From positions 248,001-312,000 of IMG/VR virus record IMGVR_UViG_3300017917_001123: a stretch of DNA of 64,000 nt; one strand, given 5' to 3'. The position numbers and the translations under genes are program-made. This document shows positions 47,613 through 56,619 of this stretch, one piece after another. Every line of letters starts with the position of its first letter. Positions within the stretch are counted from its first letter, which is position 1. The notes beneath the pieces are model-generated. The model was not told the origin of the DNA, did no database searches, and was given only the letters and a program-made list of their open reading frames with translations.

Positions 47613-49181
47613 ATGAAGTATAGATATTACGTAGTTGTAAATGATCCGCAGTTTAAGGCTGCGGTTCATACAGAATTAGTCAGTGACAGAGGAACAGAAT
47701 TTGTCCCTTCAAGAAGAGTATCGGCAGACAATCCAATGCGCCATAGCGAGTATAATGGTTGTTATATGTTAACTCCTGAAGAAGCTCAACAACTACAAAA
47801 CGACTCTAGAGTAAATGCTGTAGAGCGTGTTCCTGAAGATATTGGGATCAGTTTAAAACCACTGTCTGTTATGACAGCACAATATAATAAGACAACCGCT
47901 ATAGCAAACACTCACAGAAATTGGGGGTTAGTTAGATCTTCTAGCAGAGCAGAGCCTTACGGTGCGGCAACTAATTTAACTACTTTCAATTACAACCTAG
48001 ATGGAACAGGAGTAGACATTGTTATTATGGATAGTGGTGTTTTAAAATACCATCCAGAAATGGCAAAACGTTCAGATGGTACTGGCGGAACACGATATGT
48101 AGACATTAACTGGAGTCAGTTTGGTATCATAGCAAATAACGGTTCAGGTAGCTGGCAAGGGGATATTGACGGTCACGGAAGTCACTGTGCCGGCATTGCC
48201 GCAGGTATCACCTGCGGATGGGCCAAAGGCGCACAAGTCTATGGATTTAATATTTTAGATCCTAACAATGCTACAACCTACGTTAGTCCGTTGCTGGCCT
48301 TCCAAACAGTACGTGCTTGGCATAATGCCAAACCTATTGATCCTAATACAGGTTATAAACGCCCGACTGTTGTTTCAATGAGTTTTGGTTACGAACTGAC
48401 CTACACTGACATGGTTACAACAACATGGCGCGGCACAACATACAATACAACTGGCCCGGCAAGCGCATACGGTCAAGTTAGTGCCGATGGTAGTGCTCCT
48501 CTAGCAGATAGCGACTTGTCAACACACGGATATCGATCACCTTCCTTAGAAGCAGAAATACAAAGCTGTATTGATGCTGGCATTATTATGATTGGTGCGG
48601 CAGGTAATCAAGCAATAAAAGTAGATGTTCCAGGAGGAATCGACTACGATAACTACTATACCGACTCGTTTGGCGATCGTTGGTATTATCATAGAGGTAC
48701 AACTCCTAGCGCAACATCAAATGTCGTTTGCGTAGGATCAATTAGCTATTCAACTCCAGAACATAAAGTAAGTTATTCAAATACTGGGCCTAGAGTTGAT
48801 GTGTTTGCTCCGGGACTTGCTATTGCTAGTGCCTACATTAATCAAACAGAGGGAGGCAATCCTGCGGTCATAGATCCACGCAGTACAGCAAGCACCTCAT
48901 CTGTTACAACATCGTTCTACTTACAAAAGATTGGCGGCACGAGTATGGCATGTCCACAGGTTGCTGGAGTTGTTGCTTGCTTGTTACAAAGTCGTCCTTG
49001 GTACACACAGTGGCAAGTATCGCAATGGGTTAAAGAAAATGCCACAACGGGGTTATTAGACGAAACTTTTTACGGCGGAGCAGGCTATACACAATACGGC
49101 GGACTACAGGGGGCAGGGAATAGAATTTTATTCCAGCCATTTAATGATCCGAATCCTTGGTCAATAACAAGCAACTCTTAA
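47613..49181 (+). CDS. subtilisin-like S8 serine peptidase, probably virion-associated
   Basis: Catalytic D (IVIMDSG), H (GHGSHCAG), oxyanion N (AAGN), S (GGTSMACP); N-terminal propeptide-like segment. Confidence 0.9.
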   Translation: MKYRYYVVVNDPQFKAAVHTELVSDRGTEFVPSRRVSADNPMRHSEYNGCYMLTPEEAQQLQNDSRVNAVERVPEDIGISLKPLSVMTAQYNKTTAIANTHRNWGLVRSSSRAEPYGAATNLTTFNYNLDGTGVDIVIMDSGVLKYHPEMAKRSDGTGGTRYVDINWSQFGIIANNGSGSWQGDIDGHGSHCAGIAAGITCGWAKGAQVYGFNILDPNNATTYVSPLLAFQTVRAWHNAKPIDPNTGYKRPTVVSMSFGYELTYTDMVTTTWRGTTYNTTGPASAYGQVSADGSAPLADSDLSTHGYRSPSLEAEIQSCIDAGIIMIGAAGNQAIKVDVPGGIDYDNYYTDSFGDRWYYHRGTTPSATSNVVCVGSISYSTPEHKVSYSNTGPRVDVFAPGLAIASAYINQTEGGNPAVIDPRSTASTSSVTTSFYLQKIGGTSMACPQVAGVVACLLQSRPWYTQWQVSQWVKENATTGLLDETFYGGAGYTQYGGLQGAGNRILFQPFNDPNPWSITSNS

Positions 49182-49193
49182 TTTGGAAAAAAT

Positions 49194-51944
49194 ATGTCAG
49201 CAATTAAATTTAGTCAATTAAAACTTTTAACAAACCCAACAGGTGAAATATTTTTTCCTGTAGTTTATAATGGAACAAACTGGAAACTAACTTTAGATTC
49301 GATAAAAGGATCGTTCGCTCCATCATGGACTGATCTTCAGAACAAACCTGTGTTCCATGAAACAGCAATCAGTGGAGATTATACAAGACTAAACAACTTA
49401 CCTGCTATTCCTTCTAATACAAGCCAACTAACTAACGGCGCAGGATTTATCACCACAGCTAGTCTAACATGGAACAATATCACTGGGAAGCCTAATTTAT
49501 TCAGCGGCGTGTATAATGACCTAAGTGGCAAACCTAATTTATTCAGCGGTAGCTATAACGATTTAACGGACAAGCCTCAGTTGTTTGACGGCAATTACAA
49601 TTCATTATCGAACAGACCTGAGATACCATCAAACACTAATCAACTAGCCAACGGTGCTGGATTTATTACAACTGCTAGCATCACATGGGAATCTCTACAA
49701 AGTAGTGTTCCTCTAGCAATGGTTGCCAAAACCGGTAGTTATACTGACTTAGGAAATAAACCAGATCAAGCATTAAACACTAATAGCAATGTTACTTTCT
49801 CTAGTATAACATTCCCAGATGCTAGTGTACAATCGACGGCGTTTATTCCGTTAACTTTTATTACTCCCGATGACATCTCATTATCGGGCATTACAACAAT
49901 CGCACTTACTGGTACTGGAGTAACTGCTTCTGCAGTAGGCAATGCTATTACACTAGATATATCAGGTGGCGGCAGTGGAAATGTAGGAGACTTTACATTT
50001 GTAGGTGGAACAGCAAGTCTTCCTCTAGGAAGCACAATGACTCTTCAAACCTACCAAAACGGTGGAAACAGAGAGTCTGTGTTAACATTGGCTCCTATTG
50101 GAGATTCTGCTCTTGATGTCGGTGGAGGATTAAGAGTAAGAACTGCCTACGGTACAGGTTTTGAAAAGTCTTGGACATTTAATACAGATGGTAGTATAAC
50201 ATTTCCAGATGCTACATTACAATCAACCGCGTTTGTCGGTACCGGCAATATCCAATTTAGAAATGATACATTAAACAATCTTAATGGTGTTATCATTACT
50301 AATGCTGATCAAACCACTACTGCTACTGCTCAGATAAGTGTTCCTGCCAATGGCTCTGGAAGTATACTAATCACTAATAATAACACCAGTTGGGGATTTG
50401 AAAGTAACGGCAATCTATCACTCCCAGGAGATTTAACATTACCTACCGGATGGAGGATTTCATCTAATCAAATCAACACAGGACTCGGAACCACAGTAAC
50501 TTCTATTTCATTGATTACAGAGAGTCTATCTGTGGACCGTCGTTTAGAAATATATTCTGAAAGTAATCGACTACATTTAGATTCACACAACCCAACTACT
50601 GAATTATACATAGGTGATAATTCACAGTTTATCGCTTTGCAACAAAGTGGCGAGATATTTGTCAGTGCTACTGGTGGCTTAAGCCTTCATGGTGGCGGGG
50701 CAAACAGTCTCGCAAGAGTTGTTATACCCGACCAAGAAGATGCACCGTTTACACCTCTTTATGTAATAAACACAGGAACTCCTGGAGTTATAATACAAGC
50801 TGGCGCAACTCCGCGGAATTGGCAGTTCCGTGGTAGCGACGGTGGGTTAGTATTCCCAGACAATACCGTTCAGACTACTGCTTGGTTAGGTACCGCGGAC
50901 GTAGTTAGAAATGTCACCAGCCTTGGTGGCACGGTCAGTATTCAAACAGCCAGTCAGCAGGGTGATCCTGATAAAACTTGGTTGTTTAAGCACGATGGCG
51001 CCGGTGCATTAGTTCTAACAGATGGTAGTACCATTAGAGCAAAACACGGATTTAACATTTTAGCCACTGCGCCAGAATTTGTTAACTTCACGAGCATAAG
51101 AAACTTTGATTCTCTGTCATTCCTTGATCTCACTAACATCGTAATAATAAATCCAACAGCTAGTATTTTAGCCGCCATTGATCCCTCAACTTCCACCTGC
51201 GTAGCAGTAACCGGCACTACAGTCAGACTTATGCTTGATAACGGTGTTGTACAAAACTACCAGTTGACATCAACATTTGTTGGCGAAGAAAATAATCCGT
51301 TTTATGGGTTACCAGTATGGACAGCTACTATTCCTAACAGCGGTATTGCATCAACTTCAATCAAAGAAGTTAGTTTTGGATACTCTGCCAACTGGAGGTT
51401 TGATACAGCCGGCCGCATAACTTTCCCCGATGGTACAACATCAACTGGTGCTACTATATTTGCTAATTCTTCTAGTTATAAGATTCAAACAATATCGTTT
51501 GCCGGCAGTCCTAGCAATTTAGTTTCTACATATGAATTTGGTGTAGCTAGTATAACTATCCCCGGAAATGGAATAATTTACAATGAAGGCCAATCAGGAT
51601 ATTGGGCACTTGATGGTGTTAACGGAGAGTTTTCATTCCCTAACAATTCAAGAATTAGTTACGGTTTAAATAATGCTGGACTAACTGAAGACGACTTAAA
51701 AATTCAAGCCATTAACACAGGTAATGTAGTTGTATCCGCCAACGGAGCTGACTGGATATTCGGAACCGACGGCAGTCTAACACTCCCAGACTCTACTGTA
51801 CAAACTACCGCATGGACTACAACATCTAACTATACTCCCGCAACACCCAGTGACTGGTCAGGAACACCTCCTACTACCATAGCAGAAGCATTAGATAGGT
51901 TAGCCGCAAGGATTAAATTAATTGACGGCGGCATCGGAGCATAA
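49194..51944 (+). CDS. tail fibre-like repeat protein
   Basis: SWxDLxxKP and YNDLxxKP repeats; repeated WxFxxDGxxxFPDxTxQxTA motifs. Confidence 0.7.
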   Translation: MSAIKFSQLKLLTNPTGEIFFPVVYNGTNWKLTLDSIKGSFAPSWTDLQNKPVFHETAISGDYTRLNNLPAIPSNTSQLTNGAGFITTASLTWNNITGKPNLFSGVYNDLSGKPNLFSGSYNDLTDKPQLFDGNYNSLSNRPEIPSNTNQLANGAGFITTASITWESLQSSVPLAMVAKTGSYTDLGNKPDQALNTNSNVTFSSITFPDASVQSTAFIPLTFITPDDISLSGITTIALTGTGVTASAVGNAITLDISGGGSGNVGDFTFVGGTASLPLGSTMTLQTYQNGGNRESVLTLAPIGDSALDVGGGLRVRTAYGTGFEKSWTFNTDGSITFPDATLQSTAFVGTGNIQFRNDTLNNLNGVIITNADQTTTATAQISVPANGSGSILITNNNTSWGFESNGNLSLPGDLTLPTGWRISSNQINTGLGTTVTSISLITESLSVDRRLEIYSESNRLHLDSHNPTTELYIGDNSQFIALQQSGEIFVSATGGLSLHGGGANSLARVVIPDQEDAPFTPLYVINTGTPGVIIQAGATPRNWQFRGSDGGLVFPDNTVQTTAWLGTADVVRNVTSLGGTVSIQTASQQGDPDKTWLFKHDGAGALVLTDGSTIRAKHGFNILATAPEFVNFTSIRNFDSLSFLDLTNIVIINPTASILAAIDPSTSTCVAVTGTTVRLMLDNGVVQNYQLTSTFVGEENNPFYGLPVWTATIPNSGIASTSIKEVSFGYSANWRFDTAGRITFPDGTTSTGATIFANSSSYKIQTISFAGSPSNLVSTYEFGVASITIPGNGIIYNEGQSGYWALDGVNGEFSFPNNSRISYGLNNAGLTEDDLKIQAINTGNVVVSANGADWIFGTDGSLTLPDSTVQTTAWTTTSNYTPATPSDWSGTPPTTIAEALDRLAARIKLIDGGIGA
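49488..49613 (+). repeat. three tandem 42-nt (14-aa) coding repeats
   Basis: KPNLFSGVYNDLSG / KPNLFSGSYNDLTD / KPQLFDGNYNSLSN; the first two share CCTAATTTATTCAGCGG. Confidence 0.85.
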
Positions 51945-51947
51945 GGT

Positions 51948-51953
51948 TAAATA
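51948..51953 (+). promoter_or_regulatory. late-type TAAATA box
   Basis: 5 nt before ATG 51959. Confidence 0.55.
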
Positions 51954-51958
51954 TAACT

Positions 51959-52303
51959 ATGAGAGCAACTGACCTAATCCGAAGCGTACTTTGCGTGATC
52001 GACCAAATTGAACAAAAAGAACAACAAGCAGAAATTCCAGCGTCGGCTACTATTTCTGTAAGTGTTCCACCAGAAGAAGTTCACCAAGCTGATGTAGTAG
52101 AGCCAGGGTTTAAGCAGATCTTTGATTTGCTTTCCGGACGTAGACACGGTCAGTATGCCAATAGCCCAACCGAAACAGTAGCAGGTATTGATTCAGTAAC
52201 CAAAGACGCCGGAGCAGAAGGTTGGAACGGAACAAAGCATCCAGCAGATTTACGTGTAAAGGATCCTTCAATGTATCCTAACTCACAATTAGGGAGTCAA
52301 TAA
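51959..52303 (+). CDS. hypothetical protein
   Basis: 114-aa ORF after a TAAATA box. Confidence 0.65.
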   Translation: MRATDLIRSVLCVIDQIEQKEQQAEIPASATISVSVPPEEVHQADVVEPGFKQIFDLLSGRRHGQYANSPTETVAGIDSVTKDAGAEGWNGTKHPADLRVKDPSMYPNSQLGSQ

Positions 52304-52530
52304 TGTCTTTAAACGGAATAAGCACACTACCTACAAAACGCGAGCGCCAAGATGCTAAACTAGCACAGGCGGCATTAGATCGTGCGGCAGATGGCAATCC
52401 TCGTTCTACTCTTAACGCAACTCAATTACCTACAAGATATAAAGTAGGCGACAACGATACAGCAGATGTTGTTGATAATCCTAACGTTGGAGGCCTAGTA
52501 CAAGGCAGACCCTGGACAACCGGAGATTAA
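52303..52530 (+). CDS. hypothetical protein
   Basis: 75-aa ORF, SD GGGAG, TAATG overlap. Confidence 0.65.
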   Translation: MSLNGISTLPTKRERQDAKLAQAALDRAADGNPRSTLNATQLPTRYKVGDNDTADVVDNPNVGGLVQGRPWTTGD

Positions 52531-52533
52531 TCA

Positions 52534-54156
52534 ATGACGGTTGACCGCTATCAAAATAGTACCAGCTACGAACACCCACAGGAGAGCAATCTTCTAAACG
52601 TTCATAAGGCTATGGAGTACGACCTTGGCGGTAAGCCAATGCTTCGTGTTGCAGCTAAATTGTCGGGCCCGAGTATTGCTGGACAAGTATCAGCGTTCGG
52701 TGAGCCATTAGCAATCTCACCAACTGCAGTTATACAGTTAGATGGTATTTACGGTACTACCAATGATGTTATACAAACATACACTAACGGCACCGGTTCA
52801 AGCGCAGGATCAGTAGATGGTATGTTCAGAGTACATTCAGGAACTAGCCAAGGTGGATATGGTGTGCTTCGTAGCAAACGCTTTGTTCGCTATCGTCCAG
52901 GACAGGGTATTCAATGTCGTATGACTGCTGGGTTTACCACAGGTGTAGCAGGTAGCAGTCAGTTTGCTGGACTTGCTAACCAAGAGAACCGTGTAGGCTT
53001 TGGCTACGATGGCACACGCTTTGGTGTTGTTCGCTCAACAGGCGGCAAGGCTGTAATATTAACTATGGTTATTAACACAGCACCCGACGCACCGCAGACT
53101 GCTACTATTACTCTAAACGGTGTTGCCTATACTGTAGCACTGACAGCAGGTACGGCCGCACACGCAGTCACTGAAATGGTTAATCGTGTAGGTGGGTATG
53201 GAACTTGGCTGACACAACAAACAGACGGTGCTATGCTATGGCTAGGGCCAGTAGGCGTTGCCAACGGAGCATTTAATTTTACCAGCACAGGTAATGCCAC
53301 AGCTACGTTTACGGTTGTACAGGCAGGTGTTAACCAAACCCACAACTGGACCTATCAAGAAGAATGGAATGTGGACAAGTTAGACGGCAGTGGCGCTATT
53401 GACACTAATCCTAGTGGTATGCTGTTAGACACAACTAAACTTAATGTTTATCAAGTTAGTATGCGATGGCTAGGAGCAGGTGTAATCAGTTATGCTATAG
53501 AAGACGAACTATCTGGCACATTAGTCTATGTTCATAGAGAACATTATGTAAACCAACATACTACAACACATACCGCTAATCCAAGTTTTAAAGTTCAGTA
53601 CAATGCCGTTAATACAACCAATACTACAGACATACAGGTCTACGGCGGCAGTATGTATGCGGCAATTGAAGGTACTATTCACTTAAACGAACTTACACGT
53701 TCTGCTTCGACTAGCAAAACAGGATTGGTAAAAGATGTTATTCATCATATGATGACCATTAAGAACTCTGTGGTCACTAACGGGCTTGCTGGTGCTAACA
53801 ACGGAAACTATGTGCTCAACACCAAAGAAGCTATCGTTAAAAGTCTAAGCGTATCCTGTCAAAGTACAGACCCTGTAGAAGTTTATCTGTACTTTGAACC
53901 AGCTGGATTTTCTGGCGCACACGAATACTATGCCATTCCACGTTGTAATGAAGTTAAGAGTACAGTAACAGGTACATTTAACGGCACTTCAGATACACCT
54001 ATATATACAGGCTTCTGCGGCATCAACGGGACTATCAACGTTGATCTAAGCCAGTACCGTATTACTATACCTCCAGGCAGTTGGCTAAGTATTGCGGTAA
54101 AGAGTACTAACTCAATCAGCCCTTGTATCGCTGCCTTGACTTGGAGTGAAGATTAA
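52534..54156 (+). CDS. putative virion structural protein
   Basis: 540 aa, T/G/N-rich beta protein; RYRPGQG, YQVSMRWLGAG; SD GGAG. Confidence 0.55.
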   Translation: MTVDRYQNSTSYEHPQESNLLNVHKAMEYDLGGKPMLRVAAKLSGPSIAGQVSAFGEPLAISPTAVIQLDGIYGTTNDVIQTYTNGTGSSAGSVDGMFRVHSGTSQGGYGVLRSKRFVRYRPGQGIQCRMTAGFTTGVAGSSQFAGLANQENRVGFGYDGTRFGVVRSTGGKAVILTMVINTAPDAPQTATITLNGVAYTVALTAGTAAHAVTEMVNRVGGYGTWLTQQTDGAMLWLGPVGVANGAFNFTSTGNATATFTVVQAGVNQTHNWTYQEEWNVDKLDGSGAIDTNPSGMLLDTTKLNVYQVSMRWLGAGVISYAIEDELSGTLVYVHREHYVNQHTTTHTANPSFKVQYNAVNTTNTTDIQVYGGSMYAAIEGTIHLNELTRSASTSKTGLVKDVIHHMMTIKNSVVTNGLAGANNGNYVLNTKEAIVKSLSVSCQSTDPVEVYLYFEPAGFSGAHEYYAIPRCNEVKSTVTGTFNGTSDTPIYTGFCGINGTINVDLSQYRITIPPGSWLSIAVKSTNSISPCIAALTWSED

Positions 54157-54158
54157 GA

Positions 54159-54164
54159 TAAGTA
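54159..54164 (+). promoter_or_regulatory. late-type TAAGTA box
   Basis: 5 nt before ATG 54170. Confidence 0.45.
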
Positions 54165-54169
54165 CTATT

Positions 54170-54493
54170 ATGAAAATACAGCAAATTTTTGAAGCACCTA
54201 TTGCCGCTACAGACGATCCTAATAATCCTATGATTTATGGACATGAAAAAGCTAATCCAATGGACCTAAAGGGTCGCATTGTACAAGCTCGCGGACAATT
54301 AAAAGAATTAGCTCAGTTAGCAGAAACAAATGATCTAGCTAGCTGGCAACGTATTTGTCAATTAGCCAAGGGCGGAATGTTTATGGGCCTAGAGCAGAAC
54401 TTAGAACAAATTCGTCATGGTATAGAAGAACTAAGTAAAAAGAGAGCCAAAGGCGGTGTTCAAAGCCGCGGCATAGATAAAAACATAGGATAA
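54170..54493 (+). CDS. hypothetical protein
   Basis: MKIQQIFEAPI...; start re-chosen at ATG 54170. Confidence 0.6.
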   Translation: MKIQQIFEAPIAATDDPNNPMIYGHEKANPMDLKGRIVQARGQLKELAQLAETNDLASWQRICQLAKGGMFMGLEQNLEQIRHGIEELSKKRAKGGVQSRGIDKNIG

Positions 54494-54495
54494 AA

Positions 54496-54930
54496 ATGAA
54501 AAAATTATTAGCATTATTATTGTTAGTTCCAACACTAGCATTAGCACAAAAGACACCACAGGGTGTTACGTATGACGCACAAATTCTAAGGGTAAATGAC
54601 GGCGATACTGTAGTAATCAGTGCGCCGTTTCTTCCTAAACCCCTTAAGCCAGAACTTGCTGTTCGAGTTTACGGAGTTGACACACCTGAAAAAGGATTTA
54701 GAGCACAATGCCCAAGCGAAGACCAACGTGGACAAGCTGCCACTGCCTTTACCAAAAACGCAGTTGCTACTACCCAAAAGCATCAGGTTACGCTCTATGG
54801 ATGGGATAAGTTCGGCGGTCGTGTTTTGGGAGACGTCATTCTAAATGGTGTTAGCCTACGTGCTGAATTGATTAAAAACGGCTTTGCTCGTGAATACTAC
54901 GGTGAGGCAAAACAAAGCTGGTGTCAGTAA
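54496..54930 (+). CDS. thermonuclease (SNase) family protein with signal peptide
   Basis: MKKLLALLLLVPTLALA; RVNDGDT, VRVYGVDTPE, DKFGGR.LG.V, LIKNGFAR.Y. Confidence 0.9.
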   Translation: MKKLLALLLLVPTLALAQKTPQGVTYDAQILRVNDGDTVVISAPFLPKPLKPELAVRVYGVDTPEKGFRAQCPSEDQRGQAATAFTKNAVATTQKHQVTLYGWDKFGGRVLGDVILNGVSLRAELIKNGFAREYYGEAKQSWCQ

Positions 54931-55016
54931 TGAATCCAGATAATCCTAACGATTACCCAGTTTACCCGGAGGATGATGGTTATGACCGTCCGAGAAACCC
55001 TTACAGCCCTGTATAA
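54930..55016 (+). CDS. small 28-aa ORF MNPDNPNDYPVYPEDDGYDRPRNPYSPV
   Basis: TAATG coupling to the nuclease stop; below the ORF-track cutoff. Confidence 0.4.
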   Translation: MNPDNPNDYPVYPEDDGYDRPRNPYSPV

Positions 55017-55143
55017 AAATATTATTATGGGCTTTGCCATGTATGGTATTAGTATGAGTCTAGCCTATGGTGGCTATGTAGGTCAAGATTACAACGACTT
55101 ATGTGACCCTAGATATTGCTGTCCTCCAAAAGACATTAACTGA
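54982..55143 (+). CDS. small 53-aa ORF with hydrophobic stretch and Cys-rich C-terminus
   Basis: GGAGG at 54968-54972, 9 nt before ATG; MTVRETLTALYKNIIMGFAMYGISMSLAYGGYVGQDYNDLCDPRYCCPPKDIN. Confidence 0.5.
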   Translation: MTVRETLTALYKNIIMGFAMYGISMSLAYGGYVGQDYNDLCDPRYCCPPKDIN

Positions 55144-55150
55144 TTATAAG

Positions 55151-55240
55151 AACATACCCTAGGACCGTTTGGGGTTATGTGGCCGGCTGCTGGCCTGGGA
55201 CTGAAAGATTCGCTACCTAGTAGGTTCCTAAAGTGAGCAC
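55151..55240 (+). ncRNA. candidate structured non-coding RNA, family unassigned
   Basis: GC-rich non-coding stretch with three hairpins and a possible pseudoknot (UUCGCU/AGUGAG), followed by a terminator-like hairpin. Confidence 0.4.
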
Positions 55241-55249
55241 ATATTCAAG

Positions 55250-55279
55250 AGAACGCCCCAATTAAGGGGCGTTCTGCTT
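55250..55279. terminator. intrinsic terminator-like hairpin between convergent units
   Basis: Perfect 10-bp stem AGAACGCCCC-aattaa-GGGGCGTTCT; U-tails short on both strands. Confidence 0.65.
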
Positions 55280-55346
55280 TACGGATTAAAGTATAGTAAA
55301 CTAATACGGGCTATGCCCCGATAATATATTATTTTTGTAAAGCAAA

Positions 55347-55616
55347 TTACTTCTTAGCGCCAGTGTTAACAAAGGCATACATCTTTTCAGCTGTCTCTAG
55401 AACTTTATCAAGTCCTGGAAACTCTGGCATTTCTACCTTGCTAACGATTTGACCAGTCTTCTCATCACGTTGAGCAGTCATTTCCCAACCGGCAAATTTA
55501 ACTTGAAAGTCTTGCTGAACAAGTTCTTTAGCCATTGCTAAGATGTCTGTACGGATTTCGTAACCGTTTTTATTGAACTTTACTTCTGGTAGTTTTGGTG
55601 TATTGAATTCTGACAT
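55347..55616 (-). CDS. hypothetical protein
   Basis: 89 aa, strong SD AGGAGAA; KNGYEIR.DIL.MAK...PGLD.VL..AEKMY.FV. Confidence 0.7.
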   Translation of the reverse strand: MSEFNTPKLPEVKFNKNGYEIRTDILAMAKELVQQDFQVKFAGWEMTAQRDEKTGQIVSKVEMPEFPGLDKVLETAEKMYAFVNTGAKK

Positions 55617-55621
55617 AATTT

Positions 55622-55638
55622 TTCTCCTGTGTGTATGT
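55622..55638 (-). repeat. leader repeat ACATACACACAGGAGAA (copy 1)
   Basis: Identical to 55856-55872; includes the SD of 55347..55616. Confidence 0.8.
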
Positions 55639-55646
55639 CTTACTGC

Positions 55647-55850
55647 TTATTTGGCCACTGCGTTTTTAAAAAACTTAATGACCGCATCATTAAGTGCGGA
55701 ATTGCCCTTAACAATACTCTTGGCAAACTCACGTTGTGCTTCTACGTAAGCTAGCATCCCGTTTTTCAGCGGCTCGTTGGTTACAAATGTATTAACAAAC
55801 TGTGCCTTGGCATTCTGAATGCCGTCAATGAAAAAATCTGGTGTAAACAT
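55647..55850 (-). CDS. small amphipathic helical protein, possibly phasin-like
   Basis: 67 aa all-helical amphipathic pattern (FFIDGIQNAKAQFVNTFV...YVEAQREFAKSIV); family assignment unverified. Confidence 0.45.
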   Translation of the reverse strand: MFTPDFFIDGIQNAKAQFVNTFVTNEPLKNGMLAYVEAQREFAKSIVKGNSALNDAVIKFFKNAVAK

Positions 55851-55855
55851 TTTTA

Positions 55856-55872
55856 TTCTCCTGTGTGTATGT
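55856..55872 (-). repeat. leader repeat ACATACACACAGGAGAA (copy 2)
   Basis: Identical to copy 1; includes the SD of 55647..55850. Confidence 0.8.
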
Positions 55873-55897
55873 TTAACAATGCGTTGAACATTGTACT

Positions 55898-55926
55898 ATT
55901 ATATATCTTTTTATTTAAAATGTCAA
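55898..55926 (-). promoter_or_regulatory. consensus sigma70 promoter
   Basis: TTGACA (55926-55921), 17 nt, TATAAT (55903-55898); a TAAATA box also lies at 55917-55912. Confidence 0.85.
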
Positions 55927-56487
55927 AGGAAACCTGAGCATTTGAGCAAATTTTCTCTGAGCCTTACCTAAGTGATCAATCTTAGCAAGGCTATCGCTAA
56001 CCGCTTCTCTCCATACACTAACCGGAGTTGGGGCAGGAATTGCTATCTCAGCACTAGCATCGCCGTGCTCTGACTTAACTAAAATACCGTGCTTACGTGC
56101 CAGGCTTTTAATCTTATCGTTGCTACCCAAGCAGACCATACAACCTGTTTTGATACTGTGGTTTTGACAATACTCAATGGTACGAGCCATTAGGGCATCG
56201 CCCATACCTTGTCCTTGGCATTCTTTTAAAACACTAAAAGCTAGCTCAGCAGGATCATCTTCTAAACTGATGTGACCGATACCTACAATTTCAAGGTCAT
56301 CATTTTCGATCGCAAAGATAATGTGCTTGTCCGAGTTATCGCGCCACTTGTTACAAAGATCGATAATCTGTTCATTTCGAATGTGGTATCCAAAACGCAT
56401 ATATCGACTTTCTTCATCCAGACTAAGCAGATGTAGTTTGTATCTGTGATACTCGGGCTTTTCTAACTTGTAGATGGTATGTACCAT
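55915..56487 (-). CDS. GNAT N-acetyltransferase (Pat-GNAT-like)
   Basis: SLDEESRYMRFG, AELAFSV...QGQGMG.ALM, N.KIKSLARKHG. Confidence 0.85.
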   Translation of the reverse strand: MVHTIYKLEKPEYHRYKLHLLSLDEESRYMRFGYHIRNEQIIDLCNKWRDNSDKHIIFAIENDDLEIVGIGHISLEDDPAELAFSVLKECQGQGMGDALMARTIEYCQNHSIKTGCMVCLGSNDKIKSLARKHGILVKSEHGDASAEIAIPAPTPVSVWREAVSDSLAKIDHLGKAQRKFAQMLRFPLTF

Positions 56488-56613
56488 TTACTTTCCTTCC
56501 ATTACCGCTCTAGCTTCGTCGTATTTGCGGGCTCTAGCTAATTCTGCCGCATACTTAGCACGGCCAATTGAGCAAAGAAAATCCCAAATAAATTTAATTG
56601 TTGTTTTGAACAT
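56488..56613 (-). CDS. small 41-aa protein MFKTTIKFIWDFLCSIGRAKYAAELARARKYDEARAVMEGK
   Basis: Manual translation; strong SD AAGGAG within the leader repeat; stop abuts the GNAT start. Confidence 0.65.
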   Translation of the reverse strand: MFKTTIKFIWDFLCSIGRAKYAAELARARKYDEARAVMEGK

Positions 56614-56619
56614 TGTGTG

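Noticed and set aside
55307-55320. Small hairpin CGGGCTATGCCCCG
   Set aside because: Only a 4-bp stem with a 3-nt loop and no U-tail; not a credible terminator.
54930-55346. tRNA gene in the largest non-coding gap
   Set aside because: No T-loop GTTCRA, acceptor stem or cloverleaf could be formed.
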